From Limisphaerales bacterium (GTDB lineage: Bacteria > Patescibacteriota > Microgenomatia > UBA1400 > PJMF01): DNA of 64,000 nucleotides. The notes under the pieces are model-generated. The model ran no database searches and had not been told where the DNA came from. It saw nothing but the letters and a program-made list of their open reading frames with translations. Numbering within the stretch: position 1 is the stretch's first letter; every line of letters starts with the position of its first letter. The stretch spans positions 36,554 to 100,553 of the forward strand of contig JBILGT010000002.1 of the NCBI GenBank assembly GCA_044350895.1. Direction: 5' to 3'. Both the position numbers and the translations under genes were made by a program. This document shows, piece by piece, positions 9,607 through 18,702 of the stretch.

Positions 9607-9966
9607 ATGTTTTTTCTAGTACAAAAAGTATATGCTGCAGGCTGCTCAGATCTAGACTATGGTTCTCCCGAACTTAATTTAGGCAGAGTGCTTTGCTTGA
9701 GCGACAGCACAGCTGTTGAAGATGTCTATAAAGATCCAGCATTTCTTGTCAACTTAATTGTTAGCAATTTATTTGTTTTTGCTGGAATAATAATTTTTCT
9801 TCTTATTTTTTACGCTGGATTTAAATTTATCTCTCAAGGAACTAAGGGCAAAGAGGAAGCAAAAGGGATCATTACTGCCGCTGTGACTGGCTTAGTATTG
9901 ATGTTTGCAGCATATTGGGTCCTCCAGATTGTAAAAACATTAACGGGGACTGACGTTGCACTCTAA
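9607..9966 (+). CDS. VirB2/TrbC-like pilin 1 of tandem array
   Basis: TM-AGFKFISQGTKGKEEAKGIITAAVTGL-TM pilin pattern. Confidence 0.75.
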   Translation: MFFLVQKVYAAGCSDLDYGSPELNLGRVLCLSDSTAVEDVYKDPAFLVNLIVSNLFVFAGIIIFLLIFYAGFKFISQGTKGKEEAKGIITAAVTGLVLMFAAYWVLQIVKTLTGTDVAL

Positions 9967-9969
9967 ATT

Positions 9970-10419
9970 ATGAAAACAAATATAGTACTCAAAACTATTA
10001 GCTATATCTATCTTTTTGCTGTTATTATCAGTGCATTTTTCTGTATCCCAGGCCTCACCTTCGCACAAACTGCTGAAGACTTAGGGGTTGGAACAATTGC
10101 AGCCCCTCCTGGCGTGGATAAATATAATGCTGCCGCACAAGCGCAAGGTGCCGATATTGCGATCGTTTACTTTATGTCGAACATGATCAAGCTCTTTACG
10201 GTAGTTGCTGGAATCTGGGTAATTTTGAATGGCATTCTTGCAGGCTACTACTTTGTGCAATCAAGTGGAGACGCAGGCACCTATGAAAAAGCCCGTAATC
10301 AAATTACTCAAAGTGCCATTGGTCTTGCAATGATTGTACTTTCATATATGTTTACTGGGCTTGTTGGTTTACTTTTCTTTGGAGATGCGGGTATATTCTT
10401 AAATCCAAGGTTAAAATAG
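9970..10419 (+). CDS. VirB2/TrbC-like pilin 2
   Basis: Signal ending TFA; AGYYFVQSSGDAGTYEKARNQITQSAIGL. Confidence 0.78.
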   Translation: MKTNIVLKTISYIYLFAVIISAFFCIPGLTFAQTAEDLGVGTIAAPPGVDKYNAAAQAQGADIAIVYFMSNMIKLFTVVAGIWVILNGILAGYYFVQSSGDAGTYEKARNQITQSAIGLAMIVLSYMFTGLVGLLFFGDAGIFLNPRLK

Positions 10420-10420
10420 T

Positions 10421-10969
10421 ATGAAACAGTTTATACTCAGCATCGTTGTTGCACTCTCAGTGCTATTCTTCGTCCCTACAGTGGCGCAAGCACAATCATG
10501 TCCTAGCAACCGGACTTGTAGTGGCGGTTGTACCGCTGTGGGCCAATGTGTTGGAAACAAACGATGTGTTAGTGTACAAGGCGTTATTTACCCTGGAACA
10601 GTTGATTGTGGTTCTGCCCAACTTGGCGGAGTTAAGCCACCTCCAGCTATTACTAGTTTTAATTTTCAAACTGGCTCTGCATCAGGCAATGGCATCATCC
10701 TCTTTTTATCTAGATTGATCAATCTTTTTGTCATAGTGTGTGGAATCTGGACAATGTTTAACTTTTTATATTCTGGATACATTCTAATTTCTTCTCAGTC
10801 AGATACTAAAAATCAAAGTGAAATAAAAGATAAATTAACAATGACAGCCATTGGCTTGGCTATTATTGCCGGAGCATACATAATCGCTGGACTAATCGGT
10901 CTTATTTTCTTTGGAGATGCGGGATATATTCTCAATCCGCAGCTCGTCAGCGCACTTGATAGAGGGTAA
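10421..10969 (+). CDS. VirB2/TrbC-like pilin 3 with small 6-Cys N-terminal domain
   Basis: Signal ending AQA; six-Cys module; SGYILISSQSDTKNQSEIKDKLTMTAIGL. Confidence 0.75.
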   Translation: MKQFILSIVVALSVLFFVPTVAQAQSCPSNRTCSGGCTAVGQCVGNKRCVSVQGVIYPGTVDCGSAQLGGVKPPPAITSFNFQTGSASGNGIILFLSRLINLFVIVCGIWTMFNFLYSGYILISSQSDTKNQSEIKDKLTMTAIGLAIIAGAYIIAGLIGLIFFGDAGYILNPQLVSALDRG

Positions 10970-11025
10970 TATGGCTGGAAGATAGACTTTCTTCTGTCAT
11001 ATGGGTATAATTACAGGCGTACATT

Positions 11026-11406
11026 ATGATGATATACATAGCACAAAAACTTACCCAGTTCGGTTCTGGTTTTGCACCAGTTGTTGATACTGCATGGACA
11101 GATGGCTCAGATACAGAAGCAGGGGTACTTACCAATTTAGAAGCATTCATTTCACAAATCTTGGGACTGATTACAGTAATTGGTAGTTTGTTCTTTGTTA
11201 TCAACTTTCTCATGGCTGCCTTGAGCTGGATCACCGCAGCAGGTGACAGCGGCAAAATTCAAAAAGCTCGCGACCAGATGATTCAATCTACGTTGGGACT
11301 TGTTATTATGGTAGGCTCTTATGCAATAATTGGACTTATTGGATCAGTGGTTGGTATCGATATCTTACAACCAGGCCAAGCATTAAAGATGTTGATCCCA
11401 AGGTAA
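11026..11406 (+). CDS. VirB2/TrbC-like pilin 4
   Basis: WITAAGDSGKIQKARDQMIQSTLGL. Confidence 0.8.
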   Translation: MMIYIAQKLTQFGSGFAPVVDTAWTDGSDTEAGVLTNLEAFISQILGLITVIGSLFFVINFLMAALSWITAAGDSGKIQKARDQMIQSTLGLVIMVGSYAIIGLIGSVVGIDILQPGQALKMLIPR

Positions 11407-11411
11407 ATTTA

Positions 11412-11840
11412 ATGTCATTAAACAAGTTACAAAAGACCATCTCATCAGTTACAACAACTACAGCACTTTTAGTGAGTAGTTCTACTTTGGCACTCGCTCA
11501 AACAGGCATAACCAATCCAGCAATTGGCATTTATGGTAAAGACCCAAATGCGGCCAAGGCCGGCACTTCATTTGCGGGGTATGTCGCTATCATGTGGAAA
11601 GCTATGATTTCAATTGGAGCATTACTAGTTCTCTTATACTTTGTATGGGGTGCAATCGATTGGATAACAGCCGCTGGAGATAAAGGTAAAATGGAAGGTG
11701 CCCGCAATAAAATGCTCAATGCCTTTATTGGTTTACTGCTATTGGTCAGCTCATACACCATAATTGCATTCGTTGGCTGGCTATTCTTTGGAACTGAATT
11801 CAACATCTTACAACCAATATTTATATTTAATAATCCATAA
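11412..11840 (+). CDS. VirB2/TrbC-like pilin 5
   Basis: WITAAGDKGKMEGARNKMLNAFIGL. Confidence 0.8.
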   Translation: MSLNKLQKTISSVTTTTALLVSSSTLALAQTGITNPAIGIYGKDPNAAKAGTSFAGYVAIMWKAMISIGALLVLLYFVWGAIDWITAAGDKGKMEGARNKMLNAFIGLLLLVSSYTIIAFVGWLFFGTEFNILQPIFIFNNP

Positions 11841-11845
11841 TATTT

Positions 11846-12187
11846 ATGCCAACACCAACAAAAATAGACTTACAAGGAGGCGCAATCCTCGCACAAATTC
11901 CAGGCACTGAGAACATGGAATCGCCAAATGCCGGCTTTGCCCGTCTTATTGGGAATATTCTTGCCGCAGTCATGGTTGTTTCATTACTCCTTGTTCTCTA
12001 CTTTTTAGTAGTTGGTGCAATTGAGTGGATTACGGCAGCTGGCGATAAAGGTAAAATTGATTCAGCACGTAACAAAATGACAAATGCTGTTATCGGCATC
12101 ATAGTTTTATCTTCCGTTACCGCACTATTTGCAGCTGTACAATATTTCTTAGGTGTCAATGTACTTACATTTTCATTTACCCCGTAA
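11846..12187 (+). CDS. VirB2/TrbC-like pilin 6
   Basis: WITAAGDKGKIDSARNKMTNAVIGI. Confidence 0.8.
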   Translation: MPTPTKIDLQGGAILAQIPGTENMESPNAGFARLIGNILAAVMVVSLLLVLYFLVVGAIEWITAAGDKGKIDSARNKMTNAVIGIIVLSSVTALFAAVQYFLGVNVLTFSFTP

Positions 12188-12325
12188 GGAGCGATTGATT
12201 CGCATACTTTAGAGTCTGGGTAAATCAAACTGGTACTTGCAAGCACTAAAAGTATATTGCTAAGCTATTACTTGACGGAGAGCATATAATATAATCTAGT
12301 GTAAGATACACTTACAAGGAGCAAG

Positions 12326-12739
12326 ATGATTGGTAAATTAAACACGGCATTAGTAGCCAGTACAGTAACTGGATTTTTAAGTGCACCAATTGCATTTGCA
12401 GTGGAACCTACTTCAGGAGTTACTTCAGCAGTTGGCACAGTCACAGCAGGAACTGGATGGGCAGATAACATCGGTGGTTTAATCACTAGTGTCTTAACTA
12501 TCGTCATGGTTGTTGCTATCCTACTCGTCTTACTCTACCTCATCATGGGTGGTATCGAATGGATCACATCTGGTGGTGATAAAGGTAAAACTGAAGGTGC
12601 TCGTAACAAAATTACCTCAGCTATCATTGGTATCATCATCTTGGCAGCAGCTTATGCGCTCGTCCAACTTGTCGCCTACGTATTAGGATTTGCAAGTCTG
12701 AACGCAGCTCTCGAATCATTACCTAGAATCGGTACGTAA
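12326..12739 (+). CDS. VirB2/TrbC-like pilin 7 (candidate major pilin)
   Basis: WITSGGDKGKTEGARNKITSAIIG; SD AAGGAG at 12316-12321. Confidence 0.82.
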   Translation: MIGKLNTALVASTVTGFLSAPIAFAVEPTSGVTSAVGTVTAGTGWADNIGGLITSVLTIVMVVAILLVLLYLIMGGIEWITSGGDKGKTEGARNKITSAIIGIIILAAAYALVQLVAYVLGFASLNAALESLPRIGT

Positions 12740-13139
12740 TAACAATAATAATGAATTTAATTAAAAGGAGTTACATGTTAAATAAAATTCAAAAAGCAGC
12801 AGCAGCAACTGCGGGAGTCGCAGCCAGCTTACTAACCACTGCAGTAGCATACGCTAAAGATACCAGTGCTATAGGCACAGTCACACCAGGTACAGGTTGG
12901 GCAGATAACATCGGTGTTTTAATCACCAGTGTCCTCACCATCGTCATGGTTGTTGCTATCTTGCTCGTCTTACTTTACCTCATCATGGGTGGTATCGAAT
13001 GGATCACATCTGGTGGTGACAAAGGTAAAACTGAAGGTGCTCGTAACAAAATTACTTCAGCTATCATCGGTATTATCATCTTGGCCGCATCATATGCACT
13101 CGTCCAACTTGTCGCCTACGTCTTAGGATTTGCAAGTCT
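12434..13139 (+). repeat. Direct repeat pair 12434-12699 / 12874-13139 (pilin 7/8 duplication, offset 440 nt)
   Basis: Long near-identical stretches such as CATCATGGGTGGTATCGAATGGATCACATCTGGTGGTGA in both copies. Confidence 0.9.
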
Positions 13140-13179
13140 TAATGCCGCCCTGCTCTCATTGCCTCAAATCGGTAAGTAA
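12775..13179 (+). CDS. VirB2/TrbC-like pilin 8 (candidate major pilin, near-duplicate of pilin 7)
   Basis: Same core as pilin 7; SD AAGGAG 12765-12770 supports ATG 12775. Confidence 0.82.
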   Translation: MLNKIQKAAAATAGVAASLLTTAVAYAKDTSAIGTVTPGTGWADNIGVLITSVLTIVMVVAILLVLLYLIMGGIEWITSGGDKGKTEGARNKITSAIIGIIILAASYALVQLVAYVLGFASLNAALLSLPQIGK

Positions 13180-13202
13180 TATTTTTAAAATTAGAATTTC
13201 AG

Positions 13203-13229
13203 AAACCCCCATCTTGTATGGGGGTTTTT
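13203..13229 (+). terminator. Intrinsic terminator after pilin 8
   Basis: AAACCCCCAT-cttgt-ATGGGGGTTT hairpin followed by T run. Confidence 0.85.
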
Positions 13230-13287
13230 GGTATATTAGGTGTGTTTGTTACACATTTGACCCACTTTGATGTATAATGTAAGTCTA

Positions 13288-13821
13288 ATGAAAAAAGCCG
13301 TTATATCACTTGTATTAGTACTCATATTTAATTTTTTAGCTGTATTTAGCAATCCCATAGTATTCGCAGCAGACGAGGTAAAATTAGTCAAAGATGGTAG
13401 TACCTACTATCTGAGTACTGAAGGTTCTGCATCCACCACGCGCAGTGGACAAACCTATCGTCTTGTTCCTGTTGAGCAAACCGCCGCAACCAGTGCTGCA
13501 AAAACAGCATCTCGTTCAGCAGTTGTTCCGCCTCCTGGATATGTAGGTAATATTGGAGAGCTTATCAGCTTCTTACTTAAGTTGGTAATGATTGTGGCAA
13601 TTTTACTTATTCTTCTCGCCTTTATCACCGCTGGTTTTGAGTGGATTACATCTGGAGGTGACAAAGGTAAAACTGAAAGTGCCCGAAACCGCATTGTCGC
13701 AGCTTTTGTTGGTGTACTCATCTTATCTGCCGCATACGCATTAACACTACTCGTTGCCTATGTTCTTGGTTTTGATAGTATTGATGATGTTTTTGGCAGC
13801 ATTAAGCGAATTAATCCATAG
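13288..13821 (+). CDS. VirB2/TrbC-like pilin 9
   Basis: Signal ending VFA; WITSGGDKGKTESARNRIVAAFVG; TATAAT 13273-13278 before ATG. Confidence 0.8.
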   Translation: MKKAVISLVLVLIFNFLAVFSNPIVFAADEVKLVKDGSTYYLSTEGSASTTRSGQTYRLVPVEQTAATSAAKTASRSAVVPPPGYVGNIGELISFLLKLVMIVAILLILLAFITAGFEWITSGGDKGKTESARNRIVAAFVGVLILSAAYALTLLVAYVLGFDSIDDVFGSIKRINP

Positions 13822-13883
13822 GTCACAAACTCTACATTCACTTCTTGCTGTTCTATCAGGTATACTATAGAGATTCAAAATCT

Positions 13884-14372
13884 ATGCGCCGTAACACATT
13901 TACCTATCAAGTAATTTCATTTTTTAGAGCTGCAATCTTCAGTGTCGCACTACTTGCAAACGTCGCTGGCCCAGTCTACGCCCAAACCCAGGCTTGGTCA
14001 GGTGTGTGTGTCGGCCCAGCTCAGATTAATGCAGCAACGAAAGCCAATGATGTTGCTACTATCCAAGGCGTTCAGTGTCTACTTGCCAATGTATTTACTG
14101 TGATCATAACAATCGTCGGTCTGGCAGGATTTGTCATGTTTATTGTAGGTGCCTTTAGATATTTGGTTTCTGGCTCAAATAGCAAGGGTATTGAAGCCGC
14201 CAAAAATACCATTCAATACATGGTGATCGGCATTATTGTAACGCTCAGTGGTTTCATCATTCTGAATATGATTTCTTCATTCACCGGAATCGACGTCATT
14301 ACTCGATTTGTTATTCCAAGTTCAGATCGTGGTACTTCTGCAGATGACTATCCAATTCCAGTTGGAATGTAA
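13884..14372 (+). CDS. VirB2/TrbC-like pilin 10
   Basis: Signal ending VYA; DVATIQGVQCL; GAFRYLVSGSNSKGIEAAKNTIQYMVIG. Confidence 0.78.
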   Translation: MRRNTFTYQVISFFRAAIFSVALLANVAGPVYAQTQAWSGVCVGPAQINAATKANDVATIQGVQCLLANVFTVIITIVGLAGFVMFIVGAFRYLVSGSNSKGIEAAKNTIQYMVIGIIVTLSGFIILNMISSFTGIDVITRFVIPSSDRGTSADDYPIPVGM

Positions 14373-14459
14373 TGCTTGTCGATTCTCCCCGACAAAATTA
14401 TAAATTACAGCACAGCATTCTCTTTCAGCTAAACCTCATGAATTAGGTATAATACAACT

Positions 14460-17400
14460 ATGATCAAACTCACGGGTATGAGGTTGTTTTTTTTGTGTGT
14501 GAGTTTTGTCGTGGGATTAATTAGCAGCGCCACATTAGTCTACGCGCAATCCAGCAATTTTGCTTCCTTCAAAGAAGATCTCGACTTTGTCCGTTCTCAA
14601 AGTGCTGCGGTACTTCTCTTTACACCACTTGGCTCCAACCCTGATCCTAACTTCAAAAAGCATGCGCTCAGCATGCAGCAAGTTCAAACACTCTGTGGTC
14701 AAACCGGAGACTGCGGAAACCTCGGTATTAACTTTGCCACAATGTTTAAGAAAGGTCAGTACGACAAGCTCAAGCAACTTAATATGCACTGGGCACTCGA
14801 AATCGCAGAGAAAGGTCGTGAAGCCAATGCTGCATCCGCCATTAATGAAAATCCCGATGCTCGAATTATTGTCCGTATTGGTGTAGCTGGTAATTCTGGA
14901 GGATTTGCTGACTACAACGGGAATGCAGCAGATTATATCGAGTTTCTTAAAAATCTTTCTGGTCAGGTGGGTGGCAAAGAATTTTACGCCATTGCAGGTC
15001 CAAATGAGCCAGATATCGAAAAGTGGATTGATCCCAATTGTGGAAGTGCACCGGGAGTTGAGTCAGCAGATTCACAGAAATTTTTTGATTGTGTGGGGCC
15101 AAAATTAACGCAGTATATGAACGCTGTGTGCGCCGCCAATCTCCCCAGTAATATCAAACTCCTCACTCCTGCTTTCAACATGACTTCATATAGCTTCCCC
15201 GGAATTGTCGCAGCCATGGAAAAATCAGGGGCAAACTGGAAGTGTTTCGCAGATCGCCAAACTGGTTTTGCAGGCAACCTCTACCCTGCCGGAAAAGCCA
15301 TGAAAGCATACTGGAATGATGACTACACAGGAAAAACAATTCAATTTTTACAGAGCAAAGGTTTGAAGGTATATATAACTGAGACAGGACCACACACTGC
15401 AATCAGCGCCCAAGATGTAAATGCTACAGCCCATGATTTTAGCGAGTTCTACATCCACCCAATCAAAGGAATTACTGGAGGTGATAAAAATATCATTCGT
15501 GATGATTTGGTTCGGCAAGGCTATGAAGCACGCTGTGCGGCCCCTGGATTTAATATTGAACTAGGTCAAGATGGCATTGAATGGATGGAAAAATATCTTA
15601 AATGTCGCGATGATGGCAAATGTAATGATGGAGATGTTGGCGATGGAGCTTCTTTTGGAGGAGAGACCATTCAACAATTTACAGCCACAATGAATGAGCA
15701 TACCTCCATTGGTCAAAGAGTGCTTTCAATTCTATCAATCGACTATCGAGACTCACTGATCCCTGTTTTTAGAGATGTTGACCAAGTCCCACAACTGAAA
15801 CGGTCACTTGAGGATTATTTTGGCTACAGAGAACCCGCCAACGACCAATATAACCTTGCTGAACTTAGATCTTCAGCTATAAATTCACTCCTCACAACCA
15901 ACCAACGATGCACCCAATCTGCTATCTCACTCTTACAAAGAGACGAAATGTGTAAAAAGCTACAAGATCCGACTAAATGTGCGCTGTACGAATCAAAAGT
16001 GCCTGAGACCCAACTTACCGTAAAACAACTTCTAGATGCATACAATGCTTATGCAGGAATTTCCACTGACCATGACGCCACGTGCTCAAAAATAACTGGA
16101 GGAGCTGATACAGAACTGCGTCGTGGAATGCTTAATCTGCCACTGCAAATTGATAACGCGTATCGCCTCGCATTTCTCGTTACCACAATCAGAACTAGAG
16201 TTCCGCTGGCTGGAGATATGATGAACTTGTTCCAACATCCACACCGTGGAGAACTCAATGAAGCCCCCGATCCTGCCCACGTCGTAATTGTGACAGCATT
16301 TAAAATACCTGATATCACAACAAATAAAGGCACAATTGACACACAAGGTGAACCAAAAAGCGGTCATACAGACTTCAATGACCCAGCTATGTTGACTCGC
16401 GATGTACTTATCCCAAGTACCATCAAACAAGAACTCGACAGGAGAGGTGATCTTGAACGTAAGAGATTACTCAATATGGGTCAAGTGATTGCAGACCAGG
16501 ATCAAGATGATAAAACAATGGAAATTGCCTGTCGCATCAAAGGTGTTGGTGGACAACAATGTCTCGATCCTTTAACTAGTGCGCTGGTGGATATTATCAA
16601 CGCACAATCACTCATTGAGACTGAGAATGAACAACTTATTGAAAAAGCTGTCGGGACAGATGTCTATACTGCTGTAGAAAAAGAACAGATGTTCAAACTC
16701 AACTGTGACGATGCTCCAACTGAAGAACCCACCTATATATTTGATCCAGGTGAGCTACAGCCACTCAACAATGCCGGCCGCGTATTCAAAACTGACTTTG
16801 GCGTAGCGATTTTGGAAAATCTTTTCACCGATGAATCACACATGAGACCAGGAACTTTTGAGTATGATCCTACCTATGCTGATACTGAGAGTAATAAAAA
16901 ATCAGCCCCCGGTGGTTTCCACTGGGGACTTAAGTCAGTTTTCCATGTCACTAGTGACAACACGTTTGGACCAACAGATACCAGCCGTTCTGTGAAACAT
17001 TTCATCGTCTACCCTGAAGGGTACGACCTTAAAACTGTTGAAGCGGTTATGTCGGGCACATTCTTTACGACACAACAAATTGTGGCATTGAGGGATAAGG
17101 CTCTTGATTATCAACGATTCATGATTAAAGACGACAAAATTTTATTTGATGGCGGCGAAATTTCCCACTCATTTACCGACTATACAGTGGAATACGATGA
17201 GGGCTATTGCGATACAACCTACTATAATTCTGCTGGAGAACTCAAACGTACACCTCCTTGTCCCACAGGTTCATTCGGCTTCAGACTTTTTGCCAGTAAA
17301 GATCCCACTTCAGCAGGAATTCTGGGAGGTAGACTTGGATTTTGGATGCACACCATTCAGCTCACCCTGCAACGAGCAGAAGCACTCACCCACAAATATC

Positions 17401-18686
17401 TTGAGAATTGTACTAGTACTGAAGATTTCTTGCTAGATCAATGCGGAGGCTCTTCAAGTAGCCAAGTAGGTAGTGATGAAGACAAAGATGATGACTTTGA
17501 TAAGCTCCAGCCATTCCCAATCACCTACTGGAATGGCAGCGAAGTCACATTCAGACCACCAAATCGAGAAATGTGGGATGCAATTATCAGTGCTTCAAGT
17601 CAGCATGGTTGCGATCCGTGGCTCGTACTCGCCACTGCTCATGCTGAAAGTGCCAACTTTGTAAATGAATCTTCACCAGGTAGTAATGGCGAGCAAGGAC
17701 TCTTTGGGTTTACCCCTGCTGAATGGGAGAAATGGAAAACTGAGAACAATTCACCTGCCAATGCAGATCACCACATGTCTCGTTGTGACTACTGGCAGCC
17801 TACATCCTTTTCTGCCCGCACACTTGATTTCAGCTCCCCCACCAACATCCGCTCTGCTGTAGATTCTGCGTGTCGCAGAATCCTTTGGACTGGGGCGCAA
17901 AGGCAAAGCAGCACGCAACAAAAGTTTTTGTACGATTTCAGTAGCTCAAACAAAGCTTACAAGAGTAACCCTTGGAATGGAGTAACTCCTGATGCTGAGA
18001 TCTGGACTAACAGTACTAATCAAGCAGACTATGTCTTCCGTTTATGGCAAGAGCTTTTGACAAAAACCGGCAATACTCCAAAATCACAACCTACTGGATA
18101 TCCATATGCTACTTGTATGGGAGAAGCACCAAAACCGACTGTCATAGACACCAACGCAGACGCAGCCGACTACAAAGGTCGCACTACTCTTCCAGCCACC
18201 GGACAAGCAACATACTATAGTGCTGGGGTGATGAACCAAGTGCTCAACTATCGTGAAGGTGGAGAGATTAATCCAAATCTCGTGGATACTTGTGAAATTG
18301 CATCCACCGGGGCACTCAAAGCACAGTTTGATCAAATGCAGGCTGAAGCAGATCGCAATGGCACTGGTAAATTTGTGGGTTGTGCAGCAATGCTGCGTTT
18401 GGGTGATGTACGATTCAGAGATAATAAGGATAAGAATGACGTTCGGGTCGTATGGATTCAGCGGCCACCAGGAGCTCCTTCAGATATTCCAGAAGTGATT
18501 GGGCCAATTGCAATTATTGACGTGGCGGCATCTCAGGACTATGCACGGTTGCGCGCAAAGGGTTGGATTATTGACTTAGACTTCCACACCTTCCGCAGAT
18601 TATTTGAGTGGCAAGGCAGTTGGAGACGTCCACAAGAAGGCATTAGAGTGTGTGACACAAGAGATCAGTGTTTACTTGGAAGTTAA
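14460..18686 (+). CDS. Large secreted multidomain protein: GH-A-clan-like TIM barrel, unknown middle region, SLT/lysozyme-like domain, RlpA/DPBB-like domain
   Basis: Signal ending VYA; IAGPNEPD and VYITETG; AIISASSQHGCDPWLVLATAHAES..GLFGFTPAEW; GQATYYS..IIDVA..IIDLD. Confidence 0.65.
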   Translation: MIKLTGMRLFFLCVSFVVGLISSATLVYAQSSNFASFKEDLDFVRSQSAAVLLFTPLGSNPDPNFKKHALSMQQVQTLCGQTGDCGNLGINFATMFKKGQYDKLKQLNMHWALEIAEKGREANAASAINENPDARIIVRIGVAGNSGGFADYNGNAADYIEFLKNLSGQVGGKEFYAIAGPNEPDIEKWIDPNCGSAPGVESADSQKFFDCVGPKLTQYMNAVCAANLPSNIKLLTPAFNMTSYSFPGIVAAMEKSGANWKCFADRQTGFAGNLYPAGKAMKAYWNDDYTGKTIQFLQSKGLKVYITETGPHTAISAQDVNATAHDFSEFYIHPIKGITGGDKNIIRDDLVRQGYEARCAAPGFNIELGQDGIEWMEKYLKCRDDGKCNDGDVGDGASFGGETIQQFTATMNEHTSIGQRVLSILSIDYRDSLIPVFRDVDQVPQLKRSLEDYFGYREPANDQYNLAELRSSAINSLLTTNQRCTQSAISLLQRDEMCKKLQDPTKCALYESKVPETQLTVKQLLDAYNAYAGISTDHDATCSKITGGADTELRRGMLNLPLQIDNAYRLAFLVTTIRTRVPLAGDMMNLFQHPHRGELNEAPDPAHVVIVTAFKIPDITTNKGTIDTQGEPKSGHTDFNDPAMLTRDVLIPSTIKQELDRRGDLERKRLLNMGQVIADQDQDDKTMEIACRIKGVGGQQCLDPLTSALVDIINAQSLIETENEQLIEKAVGTDVYTAVEKEQMFKLNCDDAPTEEPTYIFDPGELQPLNNAGRVFKTDFGVAILENLFTDESHMRPGTFEYDPTYADTESNKKSAPGGFHWGLKSVFHVTSDNTFGPTDTSRSVKHFIVYPEGYDLKTVEAVMSGTFFTTQQIVALRDKALDYQRFMIKDDKILFDGGEISHSFTDYTVEYDEGYCDTTYYNSAGELKRTPPCPTGSFGFRLFASKDPTSAGILGGRLGFWMHTIQLTLQRAEALTHKYLENCTSTEDFLLDQCGGSSSSQVGSDEDKDDDFDKLQPFPITYWNGSEVTFRPPNREMWDAIISASSQHGCDPWLVLATAHAESANFVNESSPGSNGEQGLFGFTPAEWEKWKTENNSPANADHHMSRCDYWQPTSFSARTLDFSSPTNIRSAVDSACRRILWTGAQRQSSTQQKFLYDFSSSNKAYKSNPWNGVTPDAEIWTNSTNQADYVFRLWQELLTKTGNTPKSQPTGYPYATCMGEAPKPTVIDTNADAADYKGRTTLPATGQATYYSAGVMNQVLNYREGGEINPNLVDTCEIASTGALKAQFDQMQAEADRNGTGKFVGCAAMLRLGDVRFRDNKDKNDVRVVWIQRPPGAPSDIPEVIGPIAIIDVAASQDYARLRAKGWIIDLDFHTFRRLFEWQGSWRRPQEGIRVCDTRDQCLLGS

Positions 18687-18702
18687 TTAAAATTTCAATT
18701 AA

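Noticed and set aside
12272-12295. TTGACG plus TATAAT as a canonical sigma-70 promoter
   Set aside because: Spacing of 7 or 12 nt does not fit 16-18 nt; only the -10 is considered plausible
10947-13721. Antisense ORFs with repeated LPLSPAAVI-like peptides
   Set aside because: Shadows of the conserved pilin motif on the opposite strand
9607-14372. Repeating motif at ~400-500 nt period resembling a CRISPR or DGR-type array
   Set aside because: The repeats are paralogous coding segments with synonymous variation; no spacer structure, cas genes or reverse transcriptase
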